In this document: piece by piece, positions 13,601-27,100 of the stretch | Position numbering within the stretch: position 1 is the first letter of the stretch | Layout of the letters: each line of letters starts with the position of its first letter | DNA from: Sphagnum compactum | Lineage: Eukaryota | NCBI GenBank assembly: GCA_965153455.1 | Contig: OZ234493.1 | Span: forward strand, 23,860,213 to 23,924,212 | Direction: 5' to 3' | Length of the DNA stretch: 64,000 nucleotides | Translations under genes and position numbers: made by a program | The notes under the pieces: generated by a model | Database searches by the model: none | The model's input: only the letters and a program-made list of their open reading frames with translations | What the model was told of the DNA's origin: nothing

Positions 13601-15564
13601 TTGGGCATATTAATAGTTTGGCTACCACCACTTTTTGAACATATGATTCAAGGATTTCATTTTTACTACCTACCAAATACAAAATCTGTATGGAACCAAC
13701 TAGGTGTGAAAATTTGGATAATTCAAATTATGACAATTCACATGGTGGTGGTGAGTTTTTACATGCATATGTGATTATGTATTAATAATTTGGTAAAAAA
13801 TCAGAAATGCACAAAATGAGGATATAAGTTTTTATAGACAACTTGACATGTTTTCTTGCATAATTTTTTCTTGCACATGTGATTGGCACTTGGGGCCACA
13901 AATTTTAACTATAATGAATACAAATAGTCAACCAATTGGCCAAAAACAATAGTATTTTTCCTTGTAACCCTTTTAGAATAAATTTAATGAAATTGCCAAA
14001 TATAGATGTAAACATTGTTTATCCATGGTACGAAATTGAAGTCACTTGCGTTGCTTAATGCATTTTAAAAATTCCTTTAAGATGAAAATTATAGTTAAGA
14101 TAAGGATTCAAATGGACATTTATATTGTATCCAATATATTATTTAGATTTTAAAATTAATTTAACATGACATCATTCTAGTCTTAGGCATACAACAATCC
14201 ATTATATTATAAGGAAATAAATATTATAAAAATCCAAAACAGTCGTTTGCATTCCTTTTTCCATTAAACAATCCTTTTGGGTACCTTGATTGTGAATATG
14301 TCCACCCATTTAAAACACTAAAACCTAGGTAGGTTTTTAAGGGTTTCTTCCATTGAAAATGGGTTGGTCAAAGTTCCAAAGTTTCAATTAATTTTTATCA
14401 TGACTCGTGGGTAAGGGTTTAGGTTGAATTTTTAATATTTAGATCCAGTTAGGTTTGGTTATTGATACTTAGATCCAGAACCACCAATTTAAACACTTGG
14501 ATTTTAGTATTCACACAACATTGATCGATATATCTAGATTGAATTTGTGTGTAAATGAATTGAAGGTAATGAATCCATTGAAACAAATTTCAATTTGGCC
14601 AACAAAAAAATTGATGCACAAGTTTTTTTGGGGGATTCATTTTTTATTAATGGTGTTCACCTCAAATTAATGAATTTTAAAGATGATTGTAAATGGCTTC
14701 CCAATGGATGAAGGCATAAGAAATTTTAAAAGGGTGTAAACCAATGTTGGTATTTCTTTGATTCTAGGAGGAACTCCCTTGTTCCAATTCATAATATTTT
14801 CAAGCATCAATTTCAATTCAATTCCAATTTATTTATTTTCACAAAAATGGGATTCGATTTTTGTTTTGTTTTTTAAACTTAGGGGGGTGGTTTAGGTTCA
14901 AGTTTTTTTACTATTTGCAAGTTAGATTAGTTGCAATTCCTAGTACCATAATCTTGGGTTTTAGGTGACCTTTGGTTCCAATTCCAATATCCAAAACATC
15001 AAAATGGACAATGTAAAAAAAAAATTGAACTTTTAATCCAAGGGGAAAAAAAGGTTGTAAAATGTCAAACTAATTCAAACTAACATATTTTAAAACATTA
15101 ATCTATAGTATATGTTTCTAGAGGATTATAACATTCTCTTTTATTGCAATGTGGTTTCATGTTTAAGGTTCTTGCAATTGTACCTACCACCTTGAATGGC
15201 CTCTTGTCACTCTTGAATTTAGCCCTTGAAGACCCCCAATTTAGCCCTATTTCAAACCCAAAAAAACCTTAATTCAACTCCAAAATCCCCAAACACCTTA
15301 TTTCAACCCAAATAAAACCCTACAATATCCTATTTGACATCCAAAGATCAAAATATACAATTCAAGAATTACATGACTCAAAGGTTGGAATAAAAACCTT
15401 TTCCCGCATCCTTTTGGCAATCCTAGGCAAAAAATCACATCTAAACTATTGTTTTGATGAAAAATTTAACCAAGAATTTTGCTTTAAAATTGATCTTTTA
15501 ACAAAGAGTGATTCAACAAATGATCTAGAAGTATAAACTCCTTGGTAATAAACAAAACTAGATC

Positions 15565-16383
15565 TGTCGCAACCCCACTTTGTCCAAGTGTGGGGGTTAA
15601 GCTCAACACTTGGAAAAGTTGCAGGTTTGGAGTCCTCCTGGACTCTCGAATGTTCAGAGCTCGACAGCAAGGGCAAAACACCTCGCATTGGAAAGTTCTT
15701 GGTGTCATTGGAAAGGTCTTGAAACGTAGATATCGAAAATGGCCTCGCATTGGCCATTTGGACATCTGCAGCCCAAGTTATGGGCAAAAGAAGGGCCGGG
15801 AGTCAAACTGGCAGTTTGACTTCCGACCACTAAAAGTCGGGAATCGACCCTTTCCCGACGTCACCTCAGAGAGTGCGACATGGTGTTGGAAAGATCTCGA
15901 CAAGGGCTACAACTTTGGTTTAGACCTCGTCGCGATCGAACTTTGGAGTCGGGAGTTATGACCGTTCAAAGTCCCGAAAGTCCCGCCGGGACAATTTCGG
16001 GACTCCATTTCGGGAGTCCCAACAAAATGTGCCATTTGGATGTAGCCTTCGTGGTGAGCTGCAGAGATAACTATAAGGGGGAAGGTGGTGGCTTCCCCCA
16101 AGTCCGGGTCGTGGTGAGTCAAGTAGTCCGAAGTGCCCGTGGCTTGTCCCAACACCCAAGGGTGTTCCCGAATGTGAACTAACCCATTTGTGGTTGGTTT
16201 TGGATGCAGATTCGTGATTGATCTACTAGTCCATCTTCTTAGTCTAATCCCGGGGCTTCCAACTCGACCCTCTACCCCTTTCTAGAGTTGGAAGTTGGGA
16301 GCGTGCCCTTCGGTCCCCATTTTCCGCAACTTCACATTGGTGAACCCTCAAGTGGGTTCACCCCGGGACCAAGGAGCGCGTCA
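15565..16383. mobile_element. Solo LTR (819 bp) of another LTR retrotransposon family
   Basis: GC/CpG-rich island in AT-rich DNA; termini TGTCGC...GCGTCA (imperfect inverted repeat, TG...CA); perfect 5-bp TSD AGATC at 15560-15564 and 16384-16388; no internal domains. Confidence 0.85.
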
Positions 16384-19200
16384 AGATCCTCTTCAAATTA
16401 TTTTTAATGAGGATCATCTTTTCTATAAGGAACACAACCACCAAAGAAAGAAAAAATAGTGTTAAGGGTGCCAACCTCTTTTTTGCAACCCACCTTTCTT
16501 CTTTAAACCCAACTTTTTTTCATTCATTCCATTTAACTTAGAGTTGTCAATGATTGATTTCCAAATGTTTATGAAGTGAAGAGATCCCATTAGTATACCT
16601 ATATGCTATCATGCCCCTTTTCTAACTTCCAAGTCCAACAATCAAATAACATAAAACACATTTTAATAATTTTTGTGAGGTTGAGTTTAAACTTGAATTC
16701 ACATCAGTTGAAGAGAAAGCCATAGGTGCATAAAAAGCCCAACTTTGGCAACATGGTTTTTATTGCTTTTCAAAAGTCACCTTTGTTGAAAGCTCTCCTA
16801 AACCTTCCATGAACGTAAACCTTGAAAAGAACACAAGCAAAAGGACGAAGGTTAGGAAAACAACAACCATCACAATAGGGGCAACAATAAGAGGATCATG
16901 AAGATGATGACCATTGCAAGAAACAAAATAACAAGAACATCACAAAAACGATGACCATTACAAGAGGGGCAACAACAAGAATGTCACGAAGATGATGACG
17001 ACCATGACCATCACAAGCTTACTAAACCACTACAACCACCATCACCATCATGAGCACTAGCTACTACTAAAAAGACCAACATCATGAAGACCACCACAAC
17101 AACAAATGTTAATTCAAAGAACACTAAGATGACAACCCTCGCAAAACAAGCAACAATATGAAAACAATGAAGAAGAGTTAGAAAACAACCTACCCATGAG
17201 GAGGAAGATTGCCACACATTGAAATATAACCACACATGAGGAGGAAGATTGCCACACGTTGAATTTTATATGTATTTTTTATAACCTGTATAAAGCAACC
17301 CAAATGAGGATATTATAACATATGTATTTTGGGACTGTCCAAAGATTGATTTTTTAATTTTTTTCTTCATGGTGGGCCAATAAAAGGTGCCAATGACAAA
17401 AGAAAAAAAAAAACCATTTGGGGGTCCCCACGACTAATTAATATGAATCAATGGCCTAACGCTCACCCATGGTTTGTTCACTATGGGCAAGCATTTCAAA
17501 AAATGAAATGACCCCCCCAGTGTTTTTGCATTTTTTTCCAAATGATACCAAGTGGGGGGGATTTTTTGAGGGAGGCTTTATGAACAGTAAAGCCCTTGGC
17601 CATAGGCTTCACCAGATGTAGGCCCATGGTTGGTTTTGCCTCACACAAGCCCTTAAAGCCTACAACCTTGGGTTTAACTATCACAAAATGCCCACCCATG
17701 AGGGCATTGTGTGTAGGGCAATGTAGCCGGAGGATTGGGGCATTCCTGAAATAAGCTCTTGCCTCTCAAAGTAAGGTCCTCACCATACTTAACTTCAAGT
17801 TGAGCCAATTTCTTTTGACAATGGACAAGGATTTGCATTTTGTTGCTTCTTTTCTAAAATTCCCTTGATCCTCAAAGCCCCAATACATCAATCGGAAAGC
17901 ACTCAAAGAAAATTTGTAGTGTATGTGAAGGGCACCTTTATGTCCATCAATTTCTCTCCTAGAAATTGGAAGGGATGTTATGCCTACTCTTCAACGATTG
18001 GAGGGAAATTATGTTTACTTGTAGGTGTAAGAACCCTCTCACTATTGAGGAATAAGCATAAGAACCTTCCCATTCATATATATACCTTGTGATCTACATA
18101 GGTTTGGTTCCCTTTGCCTCGTGCTTTACCAAGGGTAAAGCCCTAAGGTGGAGGACATTCCCAAAATGCGGGGTCAGACTCAGCTAACGCCTCATCCTAG
18201 GCCCCTTATTTCGAGAATGCCCCATCCCTAAGGCTTCACCCTACACTATCACAATTAGCACTTAGCATCCCCCCCACATGACCCTAAAAAGACCCAAAAG
18301 CTGTGCATTTGACAGCCCTCATATTGTCATGTTGTGACTTCTTCTATTGCAAATGTTTCTCTTGTTTTTGGGGGGTGCTGTGTCTGAAGTACATTGGAAG
18401 CCTTTTTTGCAACTTGACAAAGTTAGCTGTATTATTCTTTCTTCCCAACACCCTAAACCTGCTCACAAGGCTTCCAGTTCCATAACTTCCAAATGCAAAA
18501 GCAAATGACTGAAATTCTTTCTTTCAAAAAGTGTGCACTATTGGAACTTTTTTTGGGCATAGAATCCAAACAATTCAAAAGAGCAAAACAACCGAACATG
18601 GACAAATCCACTGACTGGCTTCCTTCCAGTCTCCATCCAGTAATGGGTTCCTACGAGGGAGGATACAGATTTTCAACCTGATTGGGTGATATGAGGAATT
18701 GGATCCAGGAAATTTGGGAATTAAGAAGAGGTGACAAAATTTGAGCCGATTGGGTGGGTATATATGGACGGACAAATGGGGGAAATCGAAGGTGTCAAAT
18801 TTTGAGCTGATCAAGTACGTATTAAATAAATAAAAAAGGGGGGAATTGTGCCAAAAATAAAATAATTCAATAATTCAATAAATAAATAAATGGGGGAATA
18901 AGAGGCGATGCTTTTTGAATTGATTTGGGTAGATACGGAAAATTGGGGGAAAAAATATTAAGAGGTGACAAATTTTTAGCGGGTTGTCCAACACCCATCA
19001 TAAAGCACTCGGAGAAAATTTGTAATGTATTTGGAGGACACATAACAACTTAAGTTAATTGTGGATTACATTGCTCTACCCATCCTTTCACAACTTTCCT
19101 TCCTTTTCACTCGGAGAGAAGGAAACCATTTTCAATTCAAATTTACTCTTTGTTTTATGTTTAAACACATGTTTTTAGGAAGGGGACAGACAGGGAGGGG

Positions 19201-19613
19201 GTCAGGCAGGCTGGCGAGGCTCTGAAGACCCCCTAACGAGCTCTGTCCCGCACTGTTTCAGCGTCACTGCCCCCACCACCTGACCCCACAGGCCCCGCCA
19301 CTGGACCCCATGCTTTCTTTCGACGTCCATGTCATTCGGTGAAGCCACCTACACCTTCTCCATGTCATCAGACGGACCCACCAGTTTTCGTCCTCTGTCC
19401 ACCCATGCAGACCATCGTCAATGACACTCATTTCATGTTCATCGTTGAACCTCGCTGCTTCATCGGTCGTCATCGATTGCATCATCAATGATATCTGCAA
19501 CATGATCTGCATTTTGCAAAACAAGGTATGTGTTTTGCAAAAAATGGCGCTCGTAGATCATGTTTGAAATTTCCCTACAAAAGGATGAGTTACACAGTGC
19601 ATTTCACGAGCAA
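19201..19613 (+). repeat. Left terminal inverted repeat of the MULE-like element
   Basis: GC-rich block that aligns by eye with the reverse complement of 36625-37072, with substitutions and small indels. Confidence 0.85.
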
Positions 19614-22152
19614 CAACCTTTGCAATCTGAACCTAAAAATGGCGTTCAAAATCTACCTAATTTTAGATGTAGATGGATAAACTTCATGGCACACCAAACA
19701 CCACAAATTGTGGTAACCCTTACACCACTAGGTTTTCGATGTTCTTTAGCACATTTGAGGTTTCTTCCTCAATGAATAACTTCACTCTTGACACATTTGT
19801 GTTCAACGTTTTTTAGCATTGCAAGATTATAATTTGTTCCTTTATTATAGAAAGAATTCAGGTAGATGTTTTTGAGCTCTACAAAAGTCTTAGGTCTTCT
19901 GGAAGGTCAATCACGTTTTTCGAAGAAGCTGTCTCTTGCCATATACCTGCAAAAATTCAATTTGTTCTACAAGGTCCATTACATTTCAGTCGAAACTTCT
20001 ATTTCCATGTATTGTTTCATAGTTCATTAATTGGGGTCAACATATATAAGCTATGGAAAAGATCAATGTGTTCTGCAAAGACTTTGTTTTTCAGATTTGT
20101 TATCATCTTGCATATGTATAAGCTCTACTGGAAAACTGTATCTTTTAGAAGATCCTCCCTTCTACTGTTCAAATTTCAACGACGGTGTTTTTTCCATACA
20201 ACTTGCATAAAATTGCAAACATCAGTACCATATGCACACCACATTTTTTACTTAAAGTTTATGTAGTTCAAACAAGTATCAATTTCATTTTCTAATATTC
20301 ATATGTAAGAGGTTCTGGTTTGAACTTAATCCATGGCAAGCCCGAGCTACACAATGGTGATGGATGATGCAAGACTAAAAGACAGGGTTAAAAGCCTAGA
20401 TTCCATTGTTAACTTGGATGGTCTTGCGTTCCTCGAAATAATGTCAAGCCCAAAGTACAATGTATTAGTGGATGATCCAACAATCATAAACGATGTTCCT
20501 TCAAGGGAAAGGGACCTTTTCCATAAATTGAAGGCCACAATTCAAGATCCTCCTCTTGGACCTTTTTTAAAAAATGATCTCATGTGGTTGCCACATCTCA
20601 CAAGTGGCCATGGTTTGTATAAGGAAGTTGAGGTTATAGTGATACCATGGAGTCAACTGGAGGATTCTGTTGAAGGGGAACAAAACAATCTAGATTTCCC
20701 TTGCAAGTTTACAAGAACAAAAGACCACATTAAGTCATCTGCCCCAAGCACGTTGACACACCTAAGAACAAATTTTGTTATTCTTATTTATAGGTGCAGA
20801 TTATAAAATGCACAGTTCATCCATTTCATTCCAATGTTAACATTTTATGGATGCTCAATGTATTGAGGCATGCAATGTCTTCATTTCTATCTAATGTTTT
20901 TTTCTAAATATCACAATATGATTAATTTTATGGCAATTTCATAATTTGAAGAATGTCCATGGAAATTTTCATTCCATAACAATTGTTGTGTTTGTAGGTT
21001 TTTTTATAACTTCGGACCAAAAGATAGAACCCATGTTCTTCCAGGAGACATGCAAAAGCTTCTACTATCTATGCAACAAAAACGGAAGTGAAGGAAGGTC
21101 AATGATGCATCCATGAGATGAGACGAAAGGGAAAGAAACCGTTGATAGAGATACATGAATCCACTAATTTGTCAAGGCAAAGCACAAGGATAGGGAAGAT
21201 GATGTCTGGGATGTTAATTAAGCATGGGCGTCAAAGGTCTTTCATTGCAAAACAACCATATTTGGACCACAACTTATGTCAATTGATCTACCTCCATGCA
21301 AAACATACAAACAAAGAAGGAGTGGTTTGCCATGGGACAGCTGTGATTGGATACCGACATGCATTGGGTTCACAATTATCCGATGCCATGAAAGCACACC
21401 TCATGCAACTTTTAAGGCACGGGTTGTCCCTTGCGCAAGTCATGACACGTCATAAATCATATGTCAAGGAACAAGCACAACAGAATGAGCTTTTTACCCA
21501 TGACATATTTGTCTTACCATTAGATGTTAGAAACCTAGCCACAAAGAGAGCCGATGAATTATGGCAAAAACATCTTAAGGACCCAATTAGTGTGAGAATG
21601 TGAGTTTTGGAAAACCTGGAATTGGTGTTCTTTTATTTTGAACATGCCCCTTTGGATCTCAATTTACTGAAGCAAGATGAAACCCTTTTCACATTAGGGA
21701 TTCAAACCACTTGGCAATCAGAAATGATGGCAAAATTTAGACATGGGAGTTGCTTCTCATTTTATGCTACATTTGGAACAAATCAAACCAGGGTATGTCA
21801 TCATCCTCCATTATCCCAATTCCAACACATTGTCTTTCTATAACACAAATTTGATTGACATGGAATACAAATGTGTTTTCATACTAATCATTTTGAACAT
21901 GTTTTCTATGTTTCTCCAGTACCCTTTGTACACCATGATGGTGTTGAATGAATGGCAAAATGGAATACCAATTGCATTCATAATAATTGGGAAAACTTGA
22001 GAATGTGACTTAGACCACGTATTGAGAGCATTATCACAATGAATGCCTAGTGGCTAGATGCCAAACACTATCATTGTGGACAATGCATAAGCTGAAATCA
22101 ACGTTTTGAAGTATGATATGTCACTTCCCTACCTCTCAACACATGGTCATTG

Positions 22153-22382
22153 TGTCATGGCCTAGGATATTTTGGGATACTTTTGGCAATATCATGGCGT
22201 AGGATATTTTGGGATACTTTTGGCAATATCATGGCCTAGGATATTTTGGGACTAGTATGGCTCAGGGTTATAAAAGGAGATAGTCTGGGGAACAACCCTT
22301 TAGCAGATCAACACCAGTTGATGGGTCAATAAATCTTGTCTTGTCTTGTAATTCTCCACTTGTTTGTAGTCGGTCCATAACA
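22153..22382 (+). repeat. 5' LTR (U3 with ~2.6 copies of a 37-bp repeat, TATAAAA at 22269-22275, AATAAA at 22328-22333)
   Basis: Direct repeat of 27920-28149 with about 7 mismatches counted by eye; TG...CA termini. Confidence 0.97.
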
Positions 22383-22525
22383 GTTTGATCTGCTCCTTCT
22401 TCTTGTTTGTTTGTTTTGTTGTTTCAGTAAGTAGCTAGAGGTATATTGGAGTGAAACTTGGAAAGGTTATAGAAGACTATAGGACGCTTCTACTCTCAAA
22501 GTTTCAAAAGAAAAATATATGTTTT

Positions 22526-23176
22526 GAGAGAGATCCAAGCATCTGAAGTTTCAAGTGCAGATCTGGTTTTTTGGTCATATCTCCTTTGTGTAAGCTTTTT
22601 TGGGTCTGTAACTTTGTGATCTTATAGATCATATAGGAATATATGTGTGAGAGAAATTTCATGTCATTTGGACTTGTATTGAGAGAGATTCAAGCATCTG
22701 AAGTTTCAAGTGCAGATCTGGTTTTTTGGTCATATCTCCTTTGAGTAAGCTTTTTTGGGTTTGTAACTTTGTGATCTTATAGATCATATAAGAATATATG
22801 TGTGAGAGAAATTTCATGTCATTTGGACTTGTATTGAGAGAGATCCAAGCATCTGAAGTTTCAAGTGCAAATCTGGTTTTTTGGTCATATCTCCTTTGTG
22901 TAAGCTTTTTTGGGTCTGTAACTTTGTGATCTTATAGATCATATAGGAATATATGTGTGAGAGAAATTTCATGTCATTTGGACTTGTATTGAGAGAGATC
23001 CAAGCATCTGAAGTTTCAAGTGCAGATCTGGTTTTTTGGTCATATCTCCTTTGTGTAAGCTTTTTTGGGTTTGTAACTTTGTGATCTTATAGATCATATA
23101 GGAATATATGTGTGAGAGAAATTTCATGTCATTTGGACTTGTATTGAGAGAGATCCGAGCATCTGAAGTTTCAAGT
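22526..23176 (+). repeat. Tandem array of 155-bp units (~4.2 copies) in the retrotransposon 5' leader
   Basis: GAGAGAGAT(C/T)C(A/G)AGCATCTGAAGTTTCAAGT recurs at 22526, 22681, 22836, 22991 and 23146 (exact 155-bp period); copies are nearly identical. Confidence 0.95.
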
Positions 23177-23214
23177 TTGAAGATTGAAAGCGCAAAAGTG
23201 TGAGAACTACCACC

Positions 23215-24189
23215 ATGGACTACTCAGAATCCAACATCGATCTCACTCAAATCCTCGCCGCCCTTCAGCACCTTCAACAAGAAAATGCCGTGCTTAGAGA
23301 CTCGGTGACCCGCCTACAGAATCAACCACCACCTCCTACCCCAGTACTTCCTGCTCTTGCAATGGCCGCCCAAGAGCCCAAGATCAGTCTGCCAGAAAAG
23401 TTTGATGGAACGCGCCTCAAATTTCGACGCTTTGTCAGCCAGGTACGCCTGATCATGCAACTACACCCTCGTCGTTATTTTGATGACACCACTCGTGTAG
23501 GATTCGTTGGAACCCTACTCACTGGGACAGCTGCAGCATGGTTTGCTCCCATCCTGGAAACATCATCCCCTCTTCTACAAGATTTCAACGCCTTTATGGC
23601 GAAATTTGAAGCAGTATTTGGGGACAGTGATAAGGCCAGGACTTCAGCCAACAAGCTGCATCGCCTCCAGCAAGGGACACGTTCGGCCATCGTCTACGCG
23701 TCAGAATTCAGGCAGCTTGCCTATGACGTCAATTGGGGAGAAGCTGCCTTGATTGATCAGTTTTGCTATGGGCTTCGTGATGATGTTCAAGATCTTTTGT
23801 TGACACTCGCAGACCCTTCTTCCTTCAGTGAAGCCATCACCCAGGCAATTCGGTGCGATAATCGTCTGTTCGAACGTCGCTAGGAGAAGAAAGTCACCTC
23901 CAACGCCCAGCTTTGGAACAGTCGGCCTACTACGCTCCCCTTAGTTCCCCAAACAACACCAGTTGCCCGACCTGCCTCTTTTGGACCTGCTCCGATGCAG
24001 ATCGACACAGCTAAGTTTAAATCTTTGACAGAAGCCGAGAAACATCGCCGAAGGACAAACAATCTATGTCTTTACTGTGGTAACCCAGGGCATATAGCTC
24101 GTCAATGCTCTCAAAAGCTTGTCAAACTTCAGGTACAAGCTGTGGAAACTCCCCAGGAGTTGGAAAACAAGAACATCCAATCACAGTAG
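23215..24189 (+). pseudogene. gag: gag (PEG10/Rtl-like capsid plus CCHC zinc knuckle) with a premature TAG at 23881-23883
   Basis: PEKFDG..KFRRF, LLTGTAAAW, L.QG..S...YASEFR.LA, ..GLRDDVQD; continues in frame after the TAG to PMQID and [14 protein letters not shown]. Confidence 0.9.
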
Positions 24190-27100
24190 GAGCCGTGCGA
24201 CTGGATCTCACCCAACACCACCTTTGCAAAGGCTCCTGTTCCACTGTTGGTCCCAGTCCCAGTTTCACTCAATATGTGGACATCATTCGTATTCCAGAAG
24301 ACATACCACAAGTGTCAGCTTTGGTGGACTCCGGCGCCACCTCTTCTTTCATCGACCAAACATTTGTCGTCCAACACAACATCCCTGTGGTCAAGAAGTC
24401 AACCCTTGTTCCGGTAGAGGTTATTGATGGGAGAACCATTGCTTCTGGTGCAATCACACACGAGACAACCCCTCTAGAACTCTGTATCGGCAAGCACACG
24501 GAGAAGATTGTTCTCAACATCATTTCCACCCCTCACCATCCCATCATCCTTGGTCTGCCTTGGCTAGAAGCACACAACCCTATCATTGATTGGCGATCTA
24601 GAACCCTCACCTTCAGCGCACAACGATGCACCTCTCAAGAACCCCACGCTCAGAAAAACACTTTGTCCAGTCCTGCCAAGAACCCTGTGGTCGAGAACCC
24701 AAAGAGGGTCGGAACCAATTCCAATTTTATCAAGTCTGTTATGTCAAATCCTGCAGTCAAGAACCCCCGGTTGGTCAGAACGAAACCTTGTCCTGTCAAG
24801 AATCTTGTCAAGAATCCTGCCCAGAAAACCAACCCTGTCCAGATCTTCGTTGATAGAGCTGTCCCTTTCTATCGGGCTGCTAAGAATCTTTAAGTCTTCG
24901 CCATCCATGTCAACCCAGCCAACACCACAAACCCCCAATTAGAACCAACACCTGTCAAACTTCCCAAGAAGTACAAGGACTTTGTTGATGTTTTTTAAAA
25001 GATTAATGCTGATCAGCTCCCTGCCCATAGTCCATATGACTGCCCGATTGATCTAGAAGAAGGACACTCACCACCCTTTGGTCCTATCTGTGGCCTATCG
25101 GAACCGGAACTCCAAGCCCTGCGTGATTACCTTACTGAAAATCTTGCCAAGGGGTTCATTCAGCATTCCAAGTCTCCAGCCGCCGCCCCAATTTTGTTTG
25201 TCAAGAAGAAGGATGGCTCCCTTCGACTCTGTGTGGATTATCGTGGACTCAACAAGATAACCAAAAAGAATCGATATCCTTTGCCCTTGATTTCAGGTCT
25301 TCTAGATCGACTACGTACCGGGAAGATCTTCACCAAGCTTGACCTCCGTGGAGCCTACAACTTACTCAGGATTCGCCCTGGTGATGAATGGAAGACAGCT
25401 TTCCGCACACGCTATGGCCACTTCGAATACACTGTCATGCCCTTCGGCCTCACCAATGCACCCGCAGTCTTTCAGCATCTGATGAATGATATCTTCCGGG
25501 ATTACATGGACGAATTTGTCGTGGTCTATTTGGATGACATTTTAATCTTTTCCAAGGACCAGGAAACCCACGACAAACATGTACGATTGGTGCTTGCAAC
25601 GCTGCGGGAGCATGGCTTATACGCCAAGTTGGAAAAATGTGAATTCGATAAATCTTCAGTGGCGTTCCTCGGCTACGTGATCTCTCCAGATGGCATTTTC
25701 ATGGACAAGTCAAAGGTCGAGACCATCCAGTGTTGGGCTACTCCATCCTCGGTCAAGGACGTTCAACGCTTCCTAGGGTTTGCCAACTTCTATCGTCGAT
25801 TTATCAAAGGCTACTCCAAGATCACAACACTGTTAATAACCCTGACTTGCAAAGACAAGCCCTTCTCGTGGAATCCAACGGCCTAGGCTGCTTTTGATAC
25901 TCTTAAGATGGCATTCACCTCTGCACCCATCCTGATACATCCCGATCCTGCCAAGCCATTCATTGTGGAAACGGACGCTTCAGATTTTGCCTTGGGAGCT
26001 ATTCTATCTCAATTTGGAATAGATGGGTTGCTGCATCCAGTTGCTTTTTATTCACGGAAGTTAACCAGTGCCGAAATCAACTACCAGGTCTACGGTAAGG
26101 AACTTCTGGCAATCATCATGGCATTCGAGCAATGGAGACCGTATCTTGCCGGAGCTCAACATCGAGTCCAAGTTCTGACAGATCACAAGAATCTCCTTTA
26201 TTTCACAACTACTCGGACCTTAAATCGTCGCCAGGCACGCTGGTCTATCTTCCTAGCTGATTTCGACTTTGAGATTCAGTATCAACCCGGCACCCAGCAA
26301 GGGAAAGCTGACGCACTATCTCGTCGTTCAGAATATGAACTTCGAGCGGGGGATGAGGCCTACAGCCAGCAGAACCAGACTTTACTCAACCCCAAGCAAT
26401 TTCGAGTTGCAGCAACAATCAGCACCCTCCCAGACTCATACCTTGTCAGGGACATCAAGATGGCAACTGAGGAAGACACCTGGGCTACCAACATCAAGAA
26501 GGAACTCCAGGAACGACCAAGGAACCCAAATCGTGATGACTTGGATCAATTTGAGCAGCAAGACGGACTTCTCCTTCGAAATAACCTGATTTATGTACCC
26601 GAAGGACCTATACGCCTAAAAATCCTGAGGGAATGCCACGACAACACCCTGGCAGGTCACTTTGGAATGGCACGGACTCACGAACTAGTGTCAAGGACTT
26701 ACTGGTGGCCCAAAATGAACAAGATGCTACGGGAGTATGTCAAGTCTTGTGATACATGTGCTCGATCCAAGGCTCCCAGGCATCGCCCGTTTGGACTCCT
26801 ACAGCCTCTGTCGATTCCTAACCGACCTTGGGATCTATTGTAATGGACTTCATCACGGACCTCCCTACTGTCAGAACCAAGAATTCAATACTGGTTGTGG
26901 TCGATCGACTCACCAAAATGGCCCATTTCACCCCTTGTTCCAAGTCAATCACGGCAGAAGAGACAGCTCAGTTAATTCTGGACGGGATCGTCCGACTGCA
27001 TGGACTCCCCGAGGAAATTGTGTCCGACAGAGGTCCTTAGTTTGCATCCAAGTTCTGGCATCGTCTATTCGAGCTTCTTAGAGTTGACATTCGGCTATCT

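Noticed and set aside
15446-16182. Overlapping 67-139-aa ORFs
   Set aside because: They lie in a GC-rich solo LTR, occur on both strands and have no recognisable domain.
19185-19200. TSD of the 18-kb MULE-like element
   Set aside because: Both flanks are purine-rich, but I could not find a convincing 9-11-bp direct repeat; the ends remain approximate.
22383-22400. tRNA-Met primer binding site
   Set aside because: It lacks TGGTATCAGAGC or any TGG start; a self-complementary PBS fits better.
23881-23883. Programmed stop-codon readthrough in gag
   Set aside because: More simply a CAG>TAG mutation like the other stops; the likely recoding site is the -1 frameshift at 24162.
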